DNA of 63,912 bases, filler included, from Octopus bimaculoides (GCF_001194135.2; 8 parts of 8 records of this genome joined end to end with filler, not necessarily neighbours in it); one strand, 5' to 3'. Shown: positions 37,041 through 50,892, counted from the first letter of the whole stretch. The notes: a model not told the origin generated them from the sequence alone. Translations and numbers: made by a program.

Positions 37041-39320
37041 GAGAAAATAATCAAATGGTTTCTGGTGTGGGCACATAACCAGTAATTTTCTTCATTCCCA
37101 GTACATGACTGGTTCTTTATTTTATGGACCCTGAAACGATGTATGGCAAAATTGACCTCGGTGGAATTTATAGTAAACAGAGAGAATAGAGCAATGGATT
37201 ATGGGTAGGAAGAGAAAATGGGATTGTGGCTAGGAAGAAAACATGGAAGTATGTGTAGGGAGAGAAAAGAAAAAATTGGGCCAAAGACAGAAAGAGGAAA
37301 TAGGACCGACGGCAGGAAAAAGAAATAGGGGCTTGGGCAGGAAGCTAGGATGGATCACAGAGTACGAATGCAGATTGTTTCGTGGAACCCTGGGTAGAAA
37401 TAGAAAATGGGTACACCCAATGTGATAAGAGATTGTACAGAAAGGATGGGTGAGATGAGAAAATGGGTAAAGTGAGAGAATTATGGAATGGTCAGTAAAA
37501 ATAGAGAATGCATAGACACATAGATAGAGACAGAAAATGAATGGAATTATGGGAAAGTAGGCAAGGTGCAGGGAATTAGGGGTAGAAAGAGGGACTCGTG
37601 AGTAAGGCGGTACAAGGTTCAGATTGAATCGTTGAAAAAAATAAGCGAAGATTAGGAAAGGAACCAAGACTGGATGAAAACCAGGAACCGTATTATTATT
37701 GGTACATGTCGTTTTTAGCAAAACGGCGGGGATAAAAGAGAGGTAGACGGAAATGGAAAGAAGGGGATATATTCTCTAACCAAAACTCACTTCCGACCCC
37801 ACCAAAATATAGATTAAATGAAATGCAAATAATTATTAATATATTAGAAGGTTTAAAAAAAAGTAAAAATNNNNNNNNNNNNNNNNNNNNNNNNNNNNNN
37901 NNNNNNNNNNNNNNNNNNNNNNNNNNNNNNNNNNNNNNNNNNNNNNNNNNNNNNNNNNNNNNNNNNNNNNNNNNNNNNNNNNNNNNNNNNNNNNNNNNNN
38001 NNNNNNNNNNNNNNNNNNNNNNNNNNNNNNNNNNNNNNNNNNNNNNNNNNNNNNNNNNNNNNNNNNNNNNNNNNNNNNNNNNNNNNNNNNNNNNNNNNNN
38101 NNNNNNNNNNNNNNNNNNNNNNNNNNNNNNNNNNNNACACATATATATACACGTATATAAACGCATTTTTGTATTGTATCATATGCAAGTATATATATAT
38201 GTTTTCTGTCATTATTTGGTAAGCGGTGTCAATTTTACAATTTTATGATTAATAATACCAATTATAATAATAATAATAATAATAATAATCCAATAAATCA
38301 TTAATATATATGTATGCATGTATGTATGATCATACATATACACACATATATATACACGTATATAAACGCATTTTTGTATTGTATCATATGCAAGTATATA
38401 TATATGTATTTATGGATGCGTGTATGTGTGTGTGTAATCATATATACATCTATGTATGTCCTTCCCTGTTATAAATAAGCATATATAAAGATGTAAAGAT
38501 AAAAGTGTTCAACATGATGAAATCATCCGCCATATTTCACTAACCGGTGCACTACAAGTACATTCTCTACCTCAATAAAATACCTGTCACTGTTCGCTGT
38601 CTACTCCATATTTCTTGAGAGGTATTCGCACCGGATTTTCACTCAAGGACCCACCCAGACCATTTGTCCCCCAACCTAAACATGCCAGCCTCAACTGCAG
38701 TAACCATATGTCTTCTTACTGGTGCAATTAAACAGTCACATCCACCCGCAATAATTATATGTAGTTTCGCTGTACGTTTGCTAGTCGTTGGGTTTACATT
38801 TTGTAGGTGATATATGATTTGTATGTATAACGGTTATACATACACTCACGTATATATGCACTCACATGTATATATNNNNNNNNNNNNNNNNNNNNNNNNN
38901 NNNNNNNNNNNNNNNNNNNNNNNNNNNNNNNNNNNNNNNNNNNNNNNNNNNNNNNNNNNNNNNNNNNNNNNNNNNNNNNNNNNNNNNNNNNNNNNNNNNN
39001 NNNNNNNNNNNNNNNNNNNNNNNNNNNNNNNNNNNNNNNNNNNNNNNNNNNNNNNNNNNNNNNNNNNNNNNNNNNNNNNNNNNNNNNNNNNNNNNNNNNN
39101 NNNNNNNNNNNNNNNNNNNNNNNNNNNNNNNNNNNNNNNNNNNNNNNNNNNNNNNNNNNNNNNNNNNNNNNNNNNNNNNNNNNNNNNNNNNNNNNNNNNN
39201 NNNNNNNNNNNNNNNNNNNNNNNNNNNNNNNNNNNNNNNNNNNNNNNNNNNNNNNNNNNNNNNNNNNNNNNNNNNNNNNNNNNNNNNNNNNNNNNNNNNN
39301 NNNNATACATATATATTATA

Positions 39321-39362
<42 letters not shown>

Positions 39363-39386
39363 TATATATATATATATATATATTAT

Positions 39387-39426
<40 letters not shown>

Positions 39427-39914
39427 TTGTGTGCATGTATAATTAAAGTAGGAAGTCTGTATTAATTTAACTAATGTAGGTTTATGGTGATTTGCGTGTG
39501 TATGTGCGTGTGTGCATGTGCATCTGTGCGTGCGTGAGTGCGCGTGCATGTGTGCATGGATGAACGTATATTTGTGTATAGGAAATTATACGTATACTAT
39601 ATGCTAAAGGACCTGCTGAATATGTACTTTTTTGTTGTTGAGGTTGTAATTCGTCACTTTTCCATCTCTGACCATAGCTACGTTCACAATATACAGAACT
39701 TTCAATGTACTTTTCGCTTGATTTGCATTGTTTTGTTAAGGTAGATTTGGCCGTTTTCTTTAGCAGAAAAAAATGGCCACGTAGAGATTTCGATTCATTA
39801 GTAATTTACAACGCTGCTCTAGCTTTCAAGTTGAAGCCATCCCACAGAATTGGAAGGCGGGACATATATTACCTCTTCAGTTTGGCTAGCTTCAAACCTC
39901 AGATTACGGGTTCG

Positions 39915-40200
39915 CTCGCGCCGGTAGACGGCTGGACTGGACATGCTGCAAAGCTCACAGGCGACAAGTGGACCCACCGTGCAGTTACCGAATGGACCCA
40001 CCGTGCAGTTACCGAATGGACCCACCGTGCAGTTACCGAATGGACCCACCGTGCAGTTACCGAATGGACCCACCGTGCAAGAGACCGGAAAAAGCTATTT
40101 GGAAGGCCTCCTAGACGATTAGAAGACGGTTTGGTCAAGCAATTTGGGTCAAGATGGAAAAGAATAGCACAATGAAGAGAACTGAAAGCGCATTGTGACC
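39915..40200 (+). mobile_element. RTE-clade LINE ORF2 C-terminal fragment (second RTE lineage)
   Basis: WTGHAAKLTGDKWTHRAVTEW...RDRKKLFGRPPRRLED...WKRIAQ fits the RTE WAGHVAR..D.RW....EW.P...R..GRP..RW.D motif. Confidence 0.75.
39969..40079 (+). repeat. Perfect 24-bp minisatellite, 4.6 copies
   Basis: Unit tggacccaccgtgcagttaccgaa (WTHRAVTE). Confidence 0.95.
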
Positions 40201-40764
40201 ATTAATTTACACAACAGCATATGATGGCCTCGTCAATACTACGATACTGCGACGTATAAAATAAGAAAATGTCTGACATTCTAGACTTATTTTCTGCAGC
40301 AAACGCAACGTTTCCACAACGTAGATTTCTTGTCGCTGCTGTTGTTTTTGATGTTGTTTAACAGCAGATCTTGCCTGATCTGACTGATTTATTTTCAAAG
40401 TTGTTTAAATTGCGACCATCCCGTTTTTCATTTAAATATATATGTATGTGTGTGTGCTTATTTATTTGTATTTTTAGGATTATGTTGTCTGTTTTTTTTT
40501 GTTTTGTTTTTTTTTGCTTTTATGGCGAAAATTTTTCTTGTCAAGTGACGTCGTAGACGTTCTGTTGGCCAGATTGGAGCAATATCGAGAATAACCAGCC
40601 GAAATTGAAAGGATAATCTGGATCTCGACTGAAGAAAGAAAACACCGAATGACTTGTCCGTGTTTTCTTTGTATCGTCTATCTGAATGTTTTGTCCCTTT
40701 CTTGTATCACCTAACTGTCTGGATGTTTTGTGTTCTTGTCCCATTCTGTATTACATATATATAT

Positions 40765-40930
40765 ATACTCTTTTATTTGTTTCAGTCATTTTGACTGCGG
40801 CCATGCTGGAGCACCGCCTTTAATCGAGCAAATCGACCCCAGGACTTATTCTTTGTAAGCCTAGTACTTATTCTATCGGCCCTTTTTGCCGAACCGCTAA
40901 GTTACGGGGACGTAAACACACCAACATCGG
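40765..40930 (-). mobile_element. SINE family A, 3' half
   Basis: ctgcggccatgctggagcaccgcctttaatcgagcaaatcgaccccagg. Confidence 0.85.
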
Positions 40931-40974
40931 AAGCAAATAAAAGAATAAAAGAATGTGTGTGTGTGTGTGTGTGC

Positions 40975-41014
<40 letters not shown>

Positions 41015-41111
41015 CAGACACTCATACACATGCATAAAGAACGATTAGACACTGCACTAAGTGCCAGCTAAAACCAGAATTACTCCTCCTACTACTACTA
41101 CAACTACAACA

Positions 41112-41151
<40 letters not shown>

Positions 41152-41369
41152 TCCTCACCGTCGCCACCGCCACCATAACTACTACTACATTGTTTATTAC
41201 TGCTGTAGTACACCTACAATATAAATGGCTTCTGTTTCCATATCTGAAATATCAAGATCACGTGACAGTGATTCGGCAAATAACTGTTTCATCCTACAGT
41301 AAACAATATAACATTTGACCTTTGACATAACACTCATAACTTTACTCTTGTCTGCCATCATATATACTA

Positions 41370-41430
<61 letters not shown>

Positions 41431-41724
41431 GTTCAGAGACCAGGAAACCCCAAAACCCCAAAATGGCTGAAGTTCAAAAGATAGTGCTCATGGGAACTGC
41501 CCATATCCTACGTAAAATACTGTCTATGTGATCTCAAATTTTAAAACAAACATAATTTTCTTATGGTTTCTTAAACATTCTCTGGAACAACACTATGTAC
41601 AAATCGAAATATATGGTACCCTAGGCATAACACCTACATGAACTTCTAACTTGCTGTCTCTTGAGGTCTCTGGGTGAGACTTGGATCCAACTTGTACAAA
41701 TGCAAAGCAAAAGTCAAACATAAA
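41431..41724 (+). mobile_element. Dong/R4-clade non-LTR retrotransposon 3' end
   Basis: MAEVQKIVLMGTAHILRKILSM* (stop 41529-41531) fits the R4/Dong C-terminal QK.VL.GTA.ILR..L motif; (TAA)n on both sides. Confidence 0.8.
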
Positions 41725-41862
41725 ATAATAATAATAATCCTTTCTACTGGAGGAAGAAGGCCTCAGATTTGTGGGGTGGGGACTAGTCGATTATATCGAT
41801 CCCAGTGTTTCACTGGTACTTAATTTATCCACCCCGAAAGGATGAAAGGCAAAGTCGACCTT
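41725..41862 (-). mobile_element. SINE family B, 3' half
   Basis: gactagtcgattatatcgatcccagtgtttcactggtacttaatttatc...gatgaaaggcaaagtcgacc. Confidence 0.8.
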
Positions 41863-43204
41863 TCATAGTAGAAGNNNNNNNNNNNNNNNNNNNNNNNNNN
41901 NNNNNNNNNNNNNNNNNNTTAATTAATTAANNNNNNNNNNNNNNNNNNNNNNNNNNNNNNNNNNNNNNNNNNNNTATAATGAAAATAAGCAACAAGTATA
42001 TCCAGAAGTAATGCAGTATGATCGTTTCATGTAACCCCATTTAATTGAACAATGTACTCATTACATCAATTTAAAGTGCAGAGCAATCCTCAGCTGCCCA
42101 AAGACATAGAATTTAATTAAATTAGAACAGATGAACACATTAGTATAATTATACCTAAAATCTCCAAGAAGTTAAGGAGATAGACAAAGAACATGTTGCT
42201 TCTACTACAACATAGAAGTTAATAAATAAATTGTCAAGTAGACTCTGCCTGTCACTGATTTTTATTTATTTTTTATGGGTCAGTTTTAATTTATAGATGA
42301 GTTTATCAAACCTTGTATATCTAAGGCTGAGACAATAAAGGGCATTATCTGATAGAGGTAGGGTTGAGAGAGCAGACAGAAATCATAGTTGGTATAGTCA
42401 TAAAAATCATGAGGTTTCGTAAAGGAAAACTTAAAACAAGATGTTGGCTGACAACTAAGAGGATCACCCACTAGCAGACCATTGATAATGAAACAGGGGA
42501 AGTCTTATCATGTAGTACCATAGTTAAATGTTTTAAAACAATGTTGCTATATTGTATACAGAAAAAGTTTATGGCTATTCAGAGGATTATTAAGAAGAAT
42601 ATATTAACATAAGGATAGAAATTTATGGATACTCTTGAGTATATACCAAACTTTTACCATAATAGAGGGTGGAAAAGAAATTATTCAGAAATAGTTTAAT
42701 ATTAACACATATTGTACACTTAAATACTAACTCATCAGATGGTATCTGTGAATATTGATTAATTGGTATATACTGGTATTGATAAAGGAATATTGAGGTA
42801 AAAGAACATTCTAATTATATATTAATAAAATCATAATCTAAGCAGTTTTTTTTTTTATATGAAGTGAGTATAGCTTTATATAAGCTAAGTATGAATTTAT
42901 AGATATACAAAGATTAGTGTAATTTTATGAATAAATAAAGGCTAATTATAAATTAATAAAGAAATGAAATAAAATAATCCATTAGGGCAGAATACCATAG
43001 AAATAAAATAGCTTAATTACTAATGCTACGGTAAAGTATATTTAGCATACTAACACCAATAGAGATGTAATGATTGCATTGTTCAATTAAATGGAGTTGC
43101 ATGAAACAATCGTACTGAATTACCTCTGGATATCCTTGTTGCTTATTTTGATTTTATATATGTGTATATATATATATATATATACGTGTGTACATATATG
43201 TATG

Positions 43205-43260
<56 letters not shown>

Positions 43261-43354
43261 TGTATGTACACACATATATACATATATATGTATATATATG
43301 TATGTACACACATATATACATATGTGTGTACATATATGTATGTATATATGTATG

Positions 43355-43595
43355 TACCGTTGCCAGTGCCGCCTGACTGGCCTTCGTAGGGTTTTCGAGC
43401 GAGATCATTGCCAGTGCCCCTGGCAAAGACACCATTTCGAGCGTGGCCGGGTGACACGTAAAAGCACCCACTACACTCTCTGAGTGGTTGGCGTTAGGAA
43501 GGGCATCCAGCTGTAGAAACTCTGCCAAATCAGACTGGAGCCTGGTGTTGCCATCCGGTTTCACCAGTCCTCAGTCAAATCGTCCAACCCATGCT
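43355..43595 (+). mobile_element. RTE 3' end (family C, young subfamily)
   Basis: Near-identical to the reverse complement of the 33720 and 36580 copies. Confidence 0.85.
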
Positions 43596-44954
43596 NNNNN
43601 NNNNNNNNNNNNNNNNNNNNNNNNNNNNNNNNNNNNNNNTTAATTAATTAANNNNNNNNNNNNNNNNNNNNNNNNNNNNNNNNNNNNNNNNNNNNATCAT
43701 CCAGTATGTTCTTTATTTCTGAGGCGACAGAATATGATTTGAGAGACATTTGGCTGTTATTTCTAGTAAGTTTGTGACCTTGGTTGGTGTGGCTACTAGT
43801 TGAAATTGTTGTAGTTGTTGTTCTTATGCAGCTTACGGTACTGCTGTTGTTATTGGGAGTGGTGATGGTGATGGTGGTGATGGTGTTAGTGGAAGGGAAA
43901 AAAAACGTGCCTATTCAAATCACGTAACATTATTGCCTTAAACTTTTCCACGATTTCTTTTTCGAAAAGAATTTGATTTATATAATTTTTTGACACTAAT
44001 TTAATTAGCATAAAATATTCAAAACTTCGATTTTTTTTTCTTCTAATTGATGCAATTTGTTCCAATAGGAAAAAAAATATTCCCCCAAAACCTGAATGTA
44101 AAGGCATAAAAAATTTTTACCATACATTAAAATTTCGAAATGTTTTACAGAAGGAGGCTAACAACAAAAAGATGAAAAATAACAAAATCATAAACAAGAA
44201 ACAAATTTCATAAAACCACGTAAAACACCTTACACTCTGCTTGCCAACAGTAAAACTCGTGAATCGACACAAAAATTAAATCAACCACGTTATTATTCGT
44301 CTTCTACAAAAGCTGAAGAACTCGGATTACAATATTTAAAGAACTGGTGCTAAAACATATTCAACGTCATCCAGTATCCGGCCCGTCTCCTCACCCTCTT
44401 ATGGTTATCCACAACCACGTTTTGCCCATTTGTCCCTCGTTACATTAACTTTATTTCAATCCTATGACAGATTTATTGATATGCAAATATTTGAGGGAGA
44501 CATTTTTTTTTTTGCATTATTGATTATTTGCAACAAAAAAAATTAATTGTATGCTTGTATGTGTTTCTGAGTGAGATTCTGTATGTGTGTGTTTGTGGGA
44601 GTGTGTGTCAATGCTTGAAATTAAAATACACTGAACTTAAATCTGTATTTTGAAACGAGACTTAATGGAAGATAAAATTGCGGATAAAAAGGGTATTAAA
44701 GGGAGGAATGTAGGAAAATATAAATATCAAAAGAAAAATGTCTTCGTATTTTTATTTTTATTAAAGAAAAATATATCAGATTCTAAAAGACATTTCTGAA
44801 AATAACAACCAGGTATTTCATATGAAACTTTTCTTAATTTTAAAATTTTACGTTTGTTGTTGGTCGGATTTTGTTAGGTAAGTGTAAACATACGGATGAC
44901 ATGCTATAGAAAAGACAAGCAGAATACATGTGTGTGTGTGTGTGTATGTGTGTG

Positions 44955-45100
44955 TGGCACTCTGTCGATTACGACGACGAGGGTTCTAATTGATCTGATT
45001 GACGGAACAGCCTGCTCTTGAAGTTGACGTGCAAGTGGATGAGTGCTCCACAGACATGAATACCCTTAACGTAGTTCTCAGTGAGATTTAGCGTGACACA
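44955..45100 (-). mobile_element. SINE family D, 3' half
   Basis: ggcactctgtcgattacgacgacgagggttc...cccttaacgtagttctc. Confidence 0.75.
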
Positions 45101-45129
45101 AAATAGGACAACAGCAGTTTGGGACAACA

Positions 45130-45225
45130 GCAGTTTGGCAACAACACCGTATAGTCCGAATCTGGCGCCCGGACTACCATCTGTTAGGACGAATGAAAGA
45201 TGGTCTCCGAAGACAAGGATTTAAT
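45130..45225 (+). mobile_element. Mariner transposase fragment
   Basis: PYSPNLAP-(frameshift)-DYHLLGRMKDGLRRQGF resembles YSPDLAPSDFHLF..MK..LRG..F. Confidence 0.6.
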
Positions 45226-47539
45226 GACATAGACTGGGTGAAATTGGCTATATCAACCTCCAAATTGGATACCACAGCAGAAACCCAAATGGCCCACTTG
45301 CGCCATCTAGTGTAAGAAACAAAGAAACAAATATTCTAACAACTAAAGATTCAACGGTTCACAACCTTTCAGCACTTTTTCAAAAAGTATCAGGGATCTA
45401 TGAGGCGTAGAAGAGGGTCTGTTTAGAAAATACTTGGAAAATATATTTTATATTAGATACCAGACGAACACGTATCACGGTACGAAATGCAAATAAAATG
45501 GCGGCATTGTCCAGCTCACAGAAACAAAGGTTAAGAGTTTATTGTATTTTAGACGTGGAAGTAAAATAAAATAAACTGGCGATCACACCGATGATGATGT
45601 CTCAGCATGGTGACAGTCTCTGTTTGAAACAATTAAACCTAAGAGGCAAGAACGTAAATTTCGAAGCTAGTATAGCTGTGAAAGCAGAAGCAAGATTGGG
45701 TAAATTACACTTGGAAGGCGGAAAAATAAGTTGCCGGTAGGTGGATACAGGAGAGAAACACGTATTCCTCAGATACCAGCTGAGTACTCTTCCACTAAGC
45801 TAAACGGTCCGGTGATAGGCATTACCATTAAGTTTAAAGCTAACTAATAGCTTTCGGATGCGAAAGCATTTTATAAACAAACTTTGGAAGCGTCGAATGT
45901 GTTTAGTATTTTACAGATAAGAAAGACAATTTTGAACGTGGTAAATACACAGTCACGCACACACACACGCACACACGTATGCACACACGAGAAAGAGAGA
46001 GATATGTCTTTGCAACTACGTTCATTTCTTGAACTCTGTGTCCACAGAACACTGCAAACCCTGATGGTACCGATGACGGATGGAAAAGAATCAAATTGCA
46101 CAGCATTCATAATGAATACGGATGAATAAATATTTCTAAGAATATGATATAATGCAATAAACGTACGAATCACTTAAAACCTCATTCAATTACAAATCTC
46201 TCAGCGGTAAAACCCAATCTTGCTAGAAGTCACAGCATCTCCCAATATCCTTTTAGCATTTAGCTTCAATCAGAATCTATTGTGCTATGAAAATCACCAA
46301 CAAAAACTGGTGATTTGATTAGAAGAAATTAGATGATTTCATTGGATGACTGAAACACATGATCTCTATACTCTTGTTATTAAATATATTAATGTTCAGA
46401 AACTTAGATTTCTCTCTGTATTGAAGTAATAGATACTGAATATTTGTACATGCAATAAATTCTAATACATGACCCACACTTGTCAGCTGCTATCGTTTTT
46501 ATCTCATTATTGACATTTGCAGAATTCTATATTCTTCTTGTTCCGACAAAGAAAATTATTTAAATCAACAAATCAACAAAGAAAATAATATTTTAGTTAC
46601 TTCAATCATTGAATTGCAATCATGCTCGGACATTACCTTACTTTAGTAGATCATATCGACTGCAGTACTGATTTATGTGTCTGTAACTTATATTCTCTGT
46701 TTGTCCTAAGTTAGGGGGGCATAAAGACAGACGACGTTTATTCAATTTATTCAAGAGGTGTCTACGTAAAAACAGAGACAATCAAGCACACACACATAGA
46801 CAGACATACATACAAACACATACTAACGGGCGTACACAAACATACAGACACACTCAGATGTATATAATATACGACATACTTCCGCACATTTTCATAAACA
46901 AAAATCTTTAAATTAGTTTAACAGGCAATATGCCATAAAGAACCATTTATACTAACCAAAAACAAAATTCAAAAAAAAAAAACATTAGCATAACAAACTC
47001 AAGTATGAAATACTCATACATAAGCATACGAAGGCAGATGTTCAATACTTATAAGATAAAGAAAGAAAACCCTGGCTACAACACACGCATTCACAGACAC
47101 AAACGGTTACAATGAAATAAAAAAACTCCTGACACAAGCAATATTCCAAATACATTAATAAAATCCACTTGACTATGAGATATCAGAACCTCCTTTCTGA
47201 ATAATGCCCTTAGTTAGATTTACTGTTAAATTTACTTAGAAAAAAAAAATTATTAAAATTACCTAATCTTGAACAAAACAACAATATTTATGCATAGAAT
47301 GCCATAAATACAAGAGCAAAACTTAACACGAAACCCTTCATTAGAATAACAAGATAAATTCAGAAAGAAAAATTCAAAACAGTGTCCTTCATCAACGAAT
47401 ACACGAAGAATGTATGCCAGGTGACAATAAATAAATAAATGATGAGACAAAAAAAATAATACCAAATACTAATCATAAGCTAATGAAGAGACCCATGCAG
47501 GAGACCATACTCACACCAACGTCCCGTGGTATATTTACG

Positions 47540-47690
47540 TTAAAGTGGATTTTAGAGTTTCTGTCTACAAAATTCACTGGTAAGCCTTTGGTCATCCCAT
47601 GACCACAATAGAAGACAATTGGCCAAGGTACCACGCACTGGGACTAAACTAGGAACCATGTGGTTAGGAAGCAAAATTGCTAACTACACA
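47540..47690 (-). mobile_element. SINE family A, head
   Basis: gaagacaattggccaaggtaccacgcactgggactaaactaggaaccatgtggtt. Confidence 0.65.
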
Positions 47691-47700
47691 GACACACACG

Positions 47701-47748
<48 letters not shown>

Positions 47749-49029
47749 TATACATTTGATTACTATCATATGTACGATCATTATTCTAAAGCGGATTTTA
47801 GAGTTGAAGTAATTTTTGGACATGAATGGAAGAGCTAAACTTTGTGGAACAGCTTTGGCAATGAGTCAGCTGTACCGACGCCATGTTATGTTTTCAGACT
47901 TAACAGCTGGTTCACGTCTCAAAGCTGGCTAATCGATTCCCAAAACATAGCAAGATTGTTTAACATTAGACAGGACGCTCTCTGGAAATTTTATATGAAC
48001 ACAGCCAAGTTTAATGTCTTTATTTAATAGAAATTGTACATGTTTTGTCTATTGTTTTTACAGAAATTTCATTGTGGAGTCGTGTTGTACTTCGAGGTAA
48101 TTTTATCAATAGACATATACACATGGCTGTTGTTCCTTTCAGTTTTATTGTTAACTAATTAAGTAATTAATTATCTAAGGCGGCAAGCTGGCGGAATCGT
48201 AGAGTAAATTTTAGATTAAAAAAGAACTTTGTTTATCTTAATTTTGAAAAATAAAAGTATTAAAAAACCACATTATCTATGGGATGTCCCAATATATATA
48301 TATATATANNNNNNNNNNNNNNNNNNNNNNNNNNNNNNNNNNNNNNNNNNNNNNNNNNNNNNNNNNNNNNNNNNNNNNNNNNNNNNNNNNNNNNNNNNNN
48401 NNNNNNNNNNNNNNNNNNNNNNNNNNNNNNNNNNNNNNNNNNNNNNNNNNNNNNNNNNNNNNNNNNNNNNNNNNNNNNNNNNNNNNNNNNNNNNNNNNNN
48501 NNNNNNNNNNNNNNNNNNNNNNNNNNNNNNNNNNNNNNNNNNNNNNNNNNNNNNNNNNNNNNNNNNNNNNNNNNNNNNNNNNNNNNNNNNNNNNNNNNNN
48601 NNNNNNNNNNNNNNNNNNNNNNNNNNNNNNNNNNNNNNNNNNNNNNNNNNNNNNNNNNNNNNNNNNNNNNNNNNNNNNNNNNNNNNNNNNNNNNNNNNNN
48701 NNNNNNNNNNNAAATAGCAGCCAAAGAACTACTGATCGCTATCAATTAGAGAAAAATTTGTAGTTTTGGAATCAGTAGTTCTTTGGCTGCTATTTCTGAA
48801 TTCTCAGTATGTTGGAGAAGCAGGATACTGCTAATCCCTATATATATATATATATATATATATGGGTGTGTGTGTGTTATCTTTTACTTATTTCAGTCAT
48901 TAGACTGTGGCCATGCTGGGGCACGGCCTCGAACAATATATTTTAGTCGAATGAATCGACACAAGGCATTCTTTTTCAGTAAAGCCTGCATCGGCTGTCA
49001 AGCGGTGGTGGGGGACAGATATAGACACA

Positions 49030-49150
49030 AAAAGAAAGAATGAAGGGCAAAGTCGACCTCGGTGGAATTTGAACTGAGAACGTAAAGACAGACGAAATGC
49101 CGCTAAGTATTTTGCCCGGCGTGCTAACATTTCTGCCAGCTCACTGCCTT
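49030..49150 (-). mobile_element. SINE family B, 5' half
   Basis: caaagtcgacctcggtggaatttgaactgagaacgtaaagacagacgaaatgccgctaag. Confidence 0.85.
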
Positions 49151-49230
49151 AAGTGACGGTGAATATTAATTAACCAGAGAATGTCTTTAACAGGATTTGA
49201 AGGAACAAAAATCAAGACCAATAACGAGCA

Positions 49231-49510
49231 ATCCGTCGGTTACGACGACGAGCGTTCCAGCTGATCCCATCAACGGAACTGCCAGTTCGGCGTAGCCTTA
49301 ACGTAGTTCTCAGAGAGATTCAGCGTGATACAGAATGGGACAAGGCGGGTCCTTTGAAATACAGGTACAACTCATTTTGGTAGCTGAGTGGACTGGAGCA
49401 ACGTGAAATAGAATGTCTTTTTGAAGGACACAAGGCGCTGCAGGGAATCGAACTTACGATCTTACTATCGAAAACCGAATACCCTAATCATTAAGCCATG
49501 CGCCTTCACC
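49231..49510 (-). mobile_element. SINE family D
   Basis: Full reverse match including the CORE-like gagtggactggagcaacgtgaaata and the tRNA head. Confidence 0.8.
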
Positions 49511-49607
49511 AAAGCCAATAAAGAAAAAGATTATATATCATAGGATACAAGCACTCGAAGAAAGAGATAGTGAGAGAGTGGGGGAAAGAGAGAGCGAGAG
49601 GGAGATA

Positions 49608-49712
49608 GAGAGGGGAGAGAAGGAGAGAAGAGAGAGGGGAGAGAAGGAGAGAGGAGAGAGGGGAGAGAAGGAGAGAGGAGAGAGGGGAGAGAAGGAGAGA
49701 GGAGAGAGGGAA
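49608..49712. repeat. Polypurine 24-bp minisatellite, about 4 copies
   Basis: Unit agaggggagagaaggagagaggag. Confidence 0.7.
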
Positions 49713-50417
49713 GAGGGGGGAGAGCGATAAAGAGATAGAGAAATAGATCGATAGATAGATAGAGAGAGAGGGGNNNNNNNNNNNNNNNNNNNNNNNNNNN
49801 NNNNNNNNNNNNNNNNNNNNNNNNNNNNNNNNNNNNNNNNNNNNNNNNNNNNNNNNNNNNNNNNNNNNNNNNNNNNNNNNNNNNNNNNNNNNNNNNNNNN
49901 NNNNNNNNNNNNNNNNNNNNNNNNNNNNNNNNNNNNNNNNNNNNNNNNNNNNNNNNNNNNNNNNNNNNNNNNNNNNNNNNNNNNNNNNNNNNNNNNNNNN
50001 NNNNNNNNNNNNNNNNNNNNNNNNNNNNNNNNNNNNNNNNNNNNNNNNNNNNNNNNNNNNNNNNNNNNNNNNNNNNNNNNNNNNNNNNNNNNNNNNNNNN
50101 NNNNNNNNNNNNNNNNNNNNNNNNNNNNNNNNNNNNNNNNNNNNNNNNNNNNNNNNNNNNNNNNNNNNNNNNNNNNNNNNNNNNNNNNNNNNNNNNNNNN
50201 NNNNNNNNNNNNNNNNNNNNNNNNNNNNNNNNNNNNNNNNNNNNNNNNNNNNNNNNNNNNNNNNNNNNNNNNNNNNNNNNNNNNNNNNNNNNNNNNNNNN
50301 NNNNNNNNNNNNNNNNNNNNNNNNNNNNNNNNNNNNNNNNNNNNNNNNNNNNNNNNNNNNNNNNNNNNNNNNNNNNNNNNNNNNNNNNNNNNNNNNNNNN
50401 NNNNNNNNNNNNNNNNN

Positions 50418-50453
<36 letters not shown>

Positions 50454-50589
50454 TTATGTGTGTGTTTGTGTGTGTTAATGTACGTATGTATGTATATGTA
50501 TATATTCTATGTCTTTTTATTCTAGAGTTAAGTTTAACCGGCCACCTGCTTGGCAACAAAGTTGTCTAGGATAAGATTTTATTTTGTTC

Positions 50590-50838
50590 ATCGATCTTTA
50601 AATCTTAAGAAGGTCTAACCGATTTTTATAGTGCCAGATACCGAGATCATTTGTAGCGTATGAATTAAGGGTCTGCGTTCTTTCTTAAAGATCCCAATTT
50701 AGGCCATACTTTGCTCCAGGTGTGTAACCTGTTGCTCCAATAATGATAGGTATGTAGCTGATTTGTAAACTCCTTATCTCCTATGCTGGATTTGTAAACC
50801 CCTTATCAGTAGTCCATCGATGTCCTCTTTCTCTTCAG
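50590..50838 (-). mobile_element. RLE-type non-LTR retrotransposon C-terminal fragment (clade unresolved)
   Basis: Frameshifted peptides EEKEDIDGLLIRGLQI, IPIIIGATGYT and KERRPLIHTLQMISVSGTIKI. Confidence 0.65.
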
Positions 50839-50857
50839 TAAGTGTGTGTGTGTGAGA

Positions 50858-50892
<35 letters not shown>

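Noticed and set aside
37786-37810. Minus-strand GTGAGT donor as a first-exon end
   Set aside because: The donor hexamer alone is common; no acceptor, promoter or downstream partner could be supported.
38582-38640. Possible further GGNBP2 exon with a phase-1 donor
   Set aside because: In-frame TGA about 50 nt upstream, weak acceptor, no similarity, and across a scaffold join.
39969-40079. CRISPR-like repeat array
   Set aside because: Units are contiguous with no spacers, lie in an RTE reading frame, and the DNA is eukaryotic with no cas genes.
40621-40660. Hammerhead-like ctgaaga...gaat
   Set aside because: No convincing stem I or II, and GAAA is broken.
46051-46100. Hammerhead-like ctgatgg...ccg atga cgg...gaaa
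   Set aside because: A9 is changed, stem III mismatches, and stem I does not pair next to the core.
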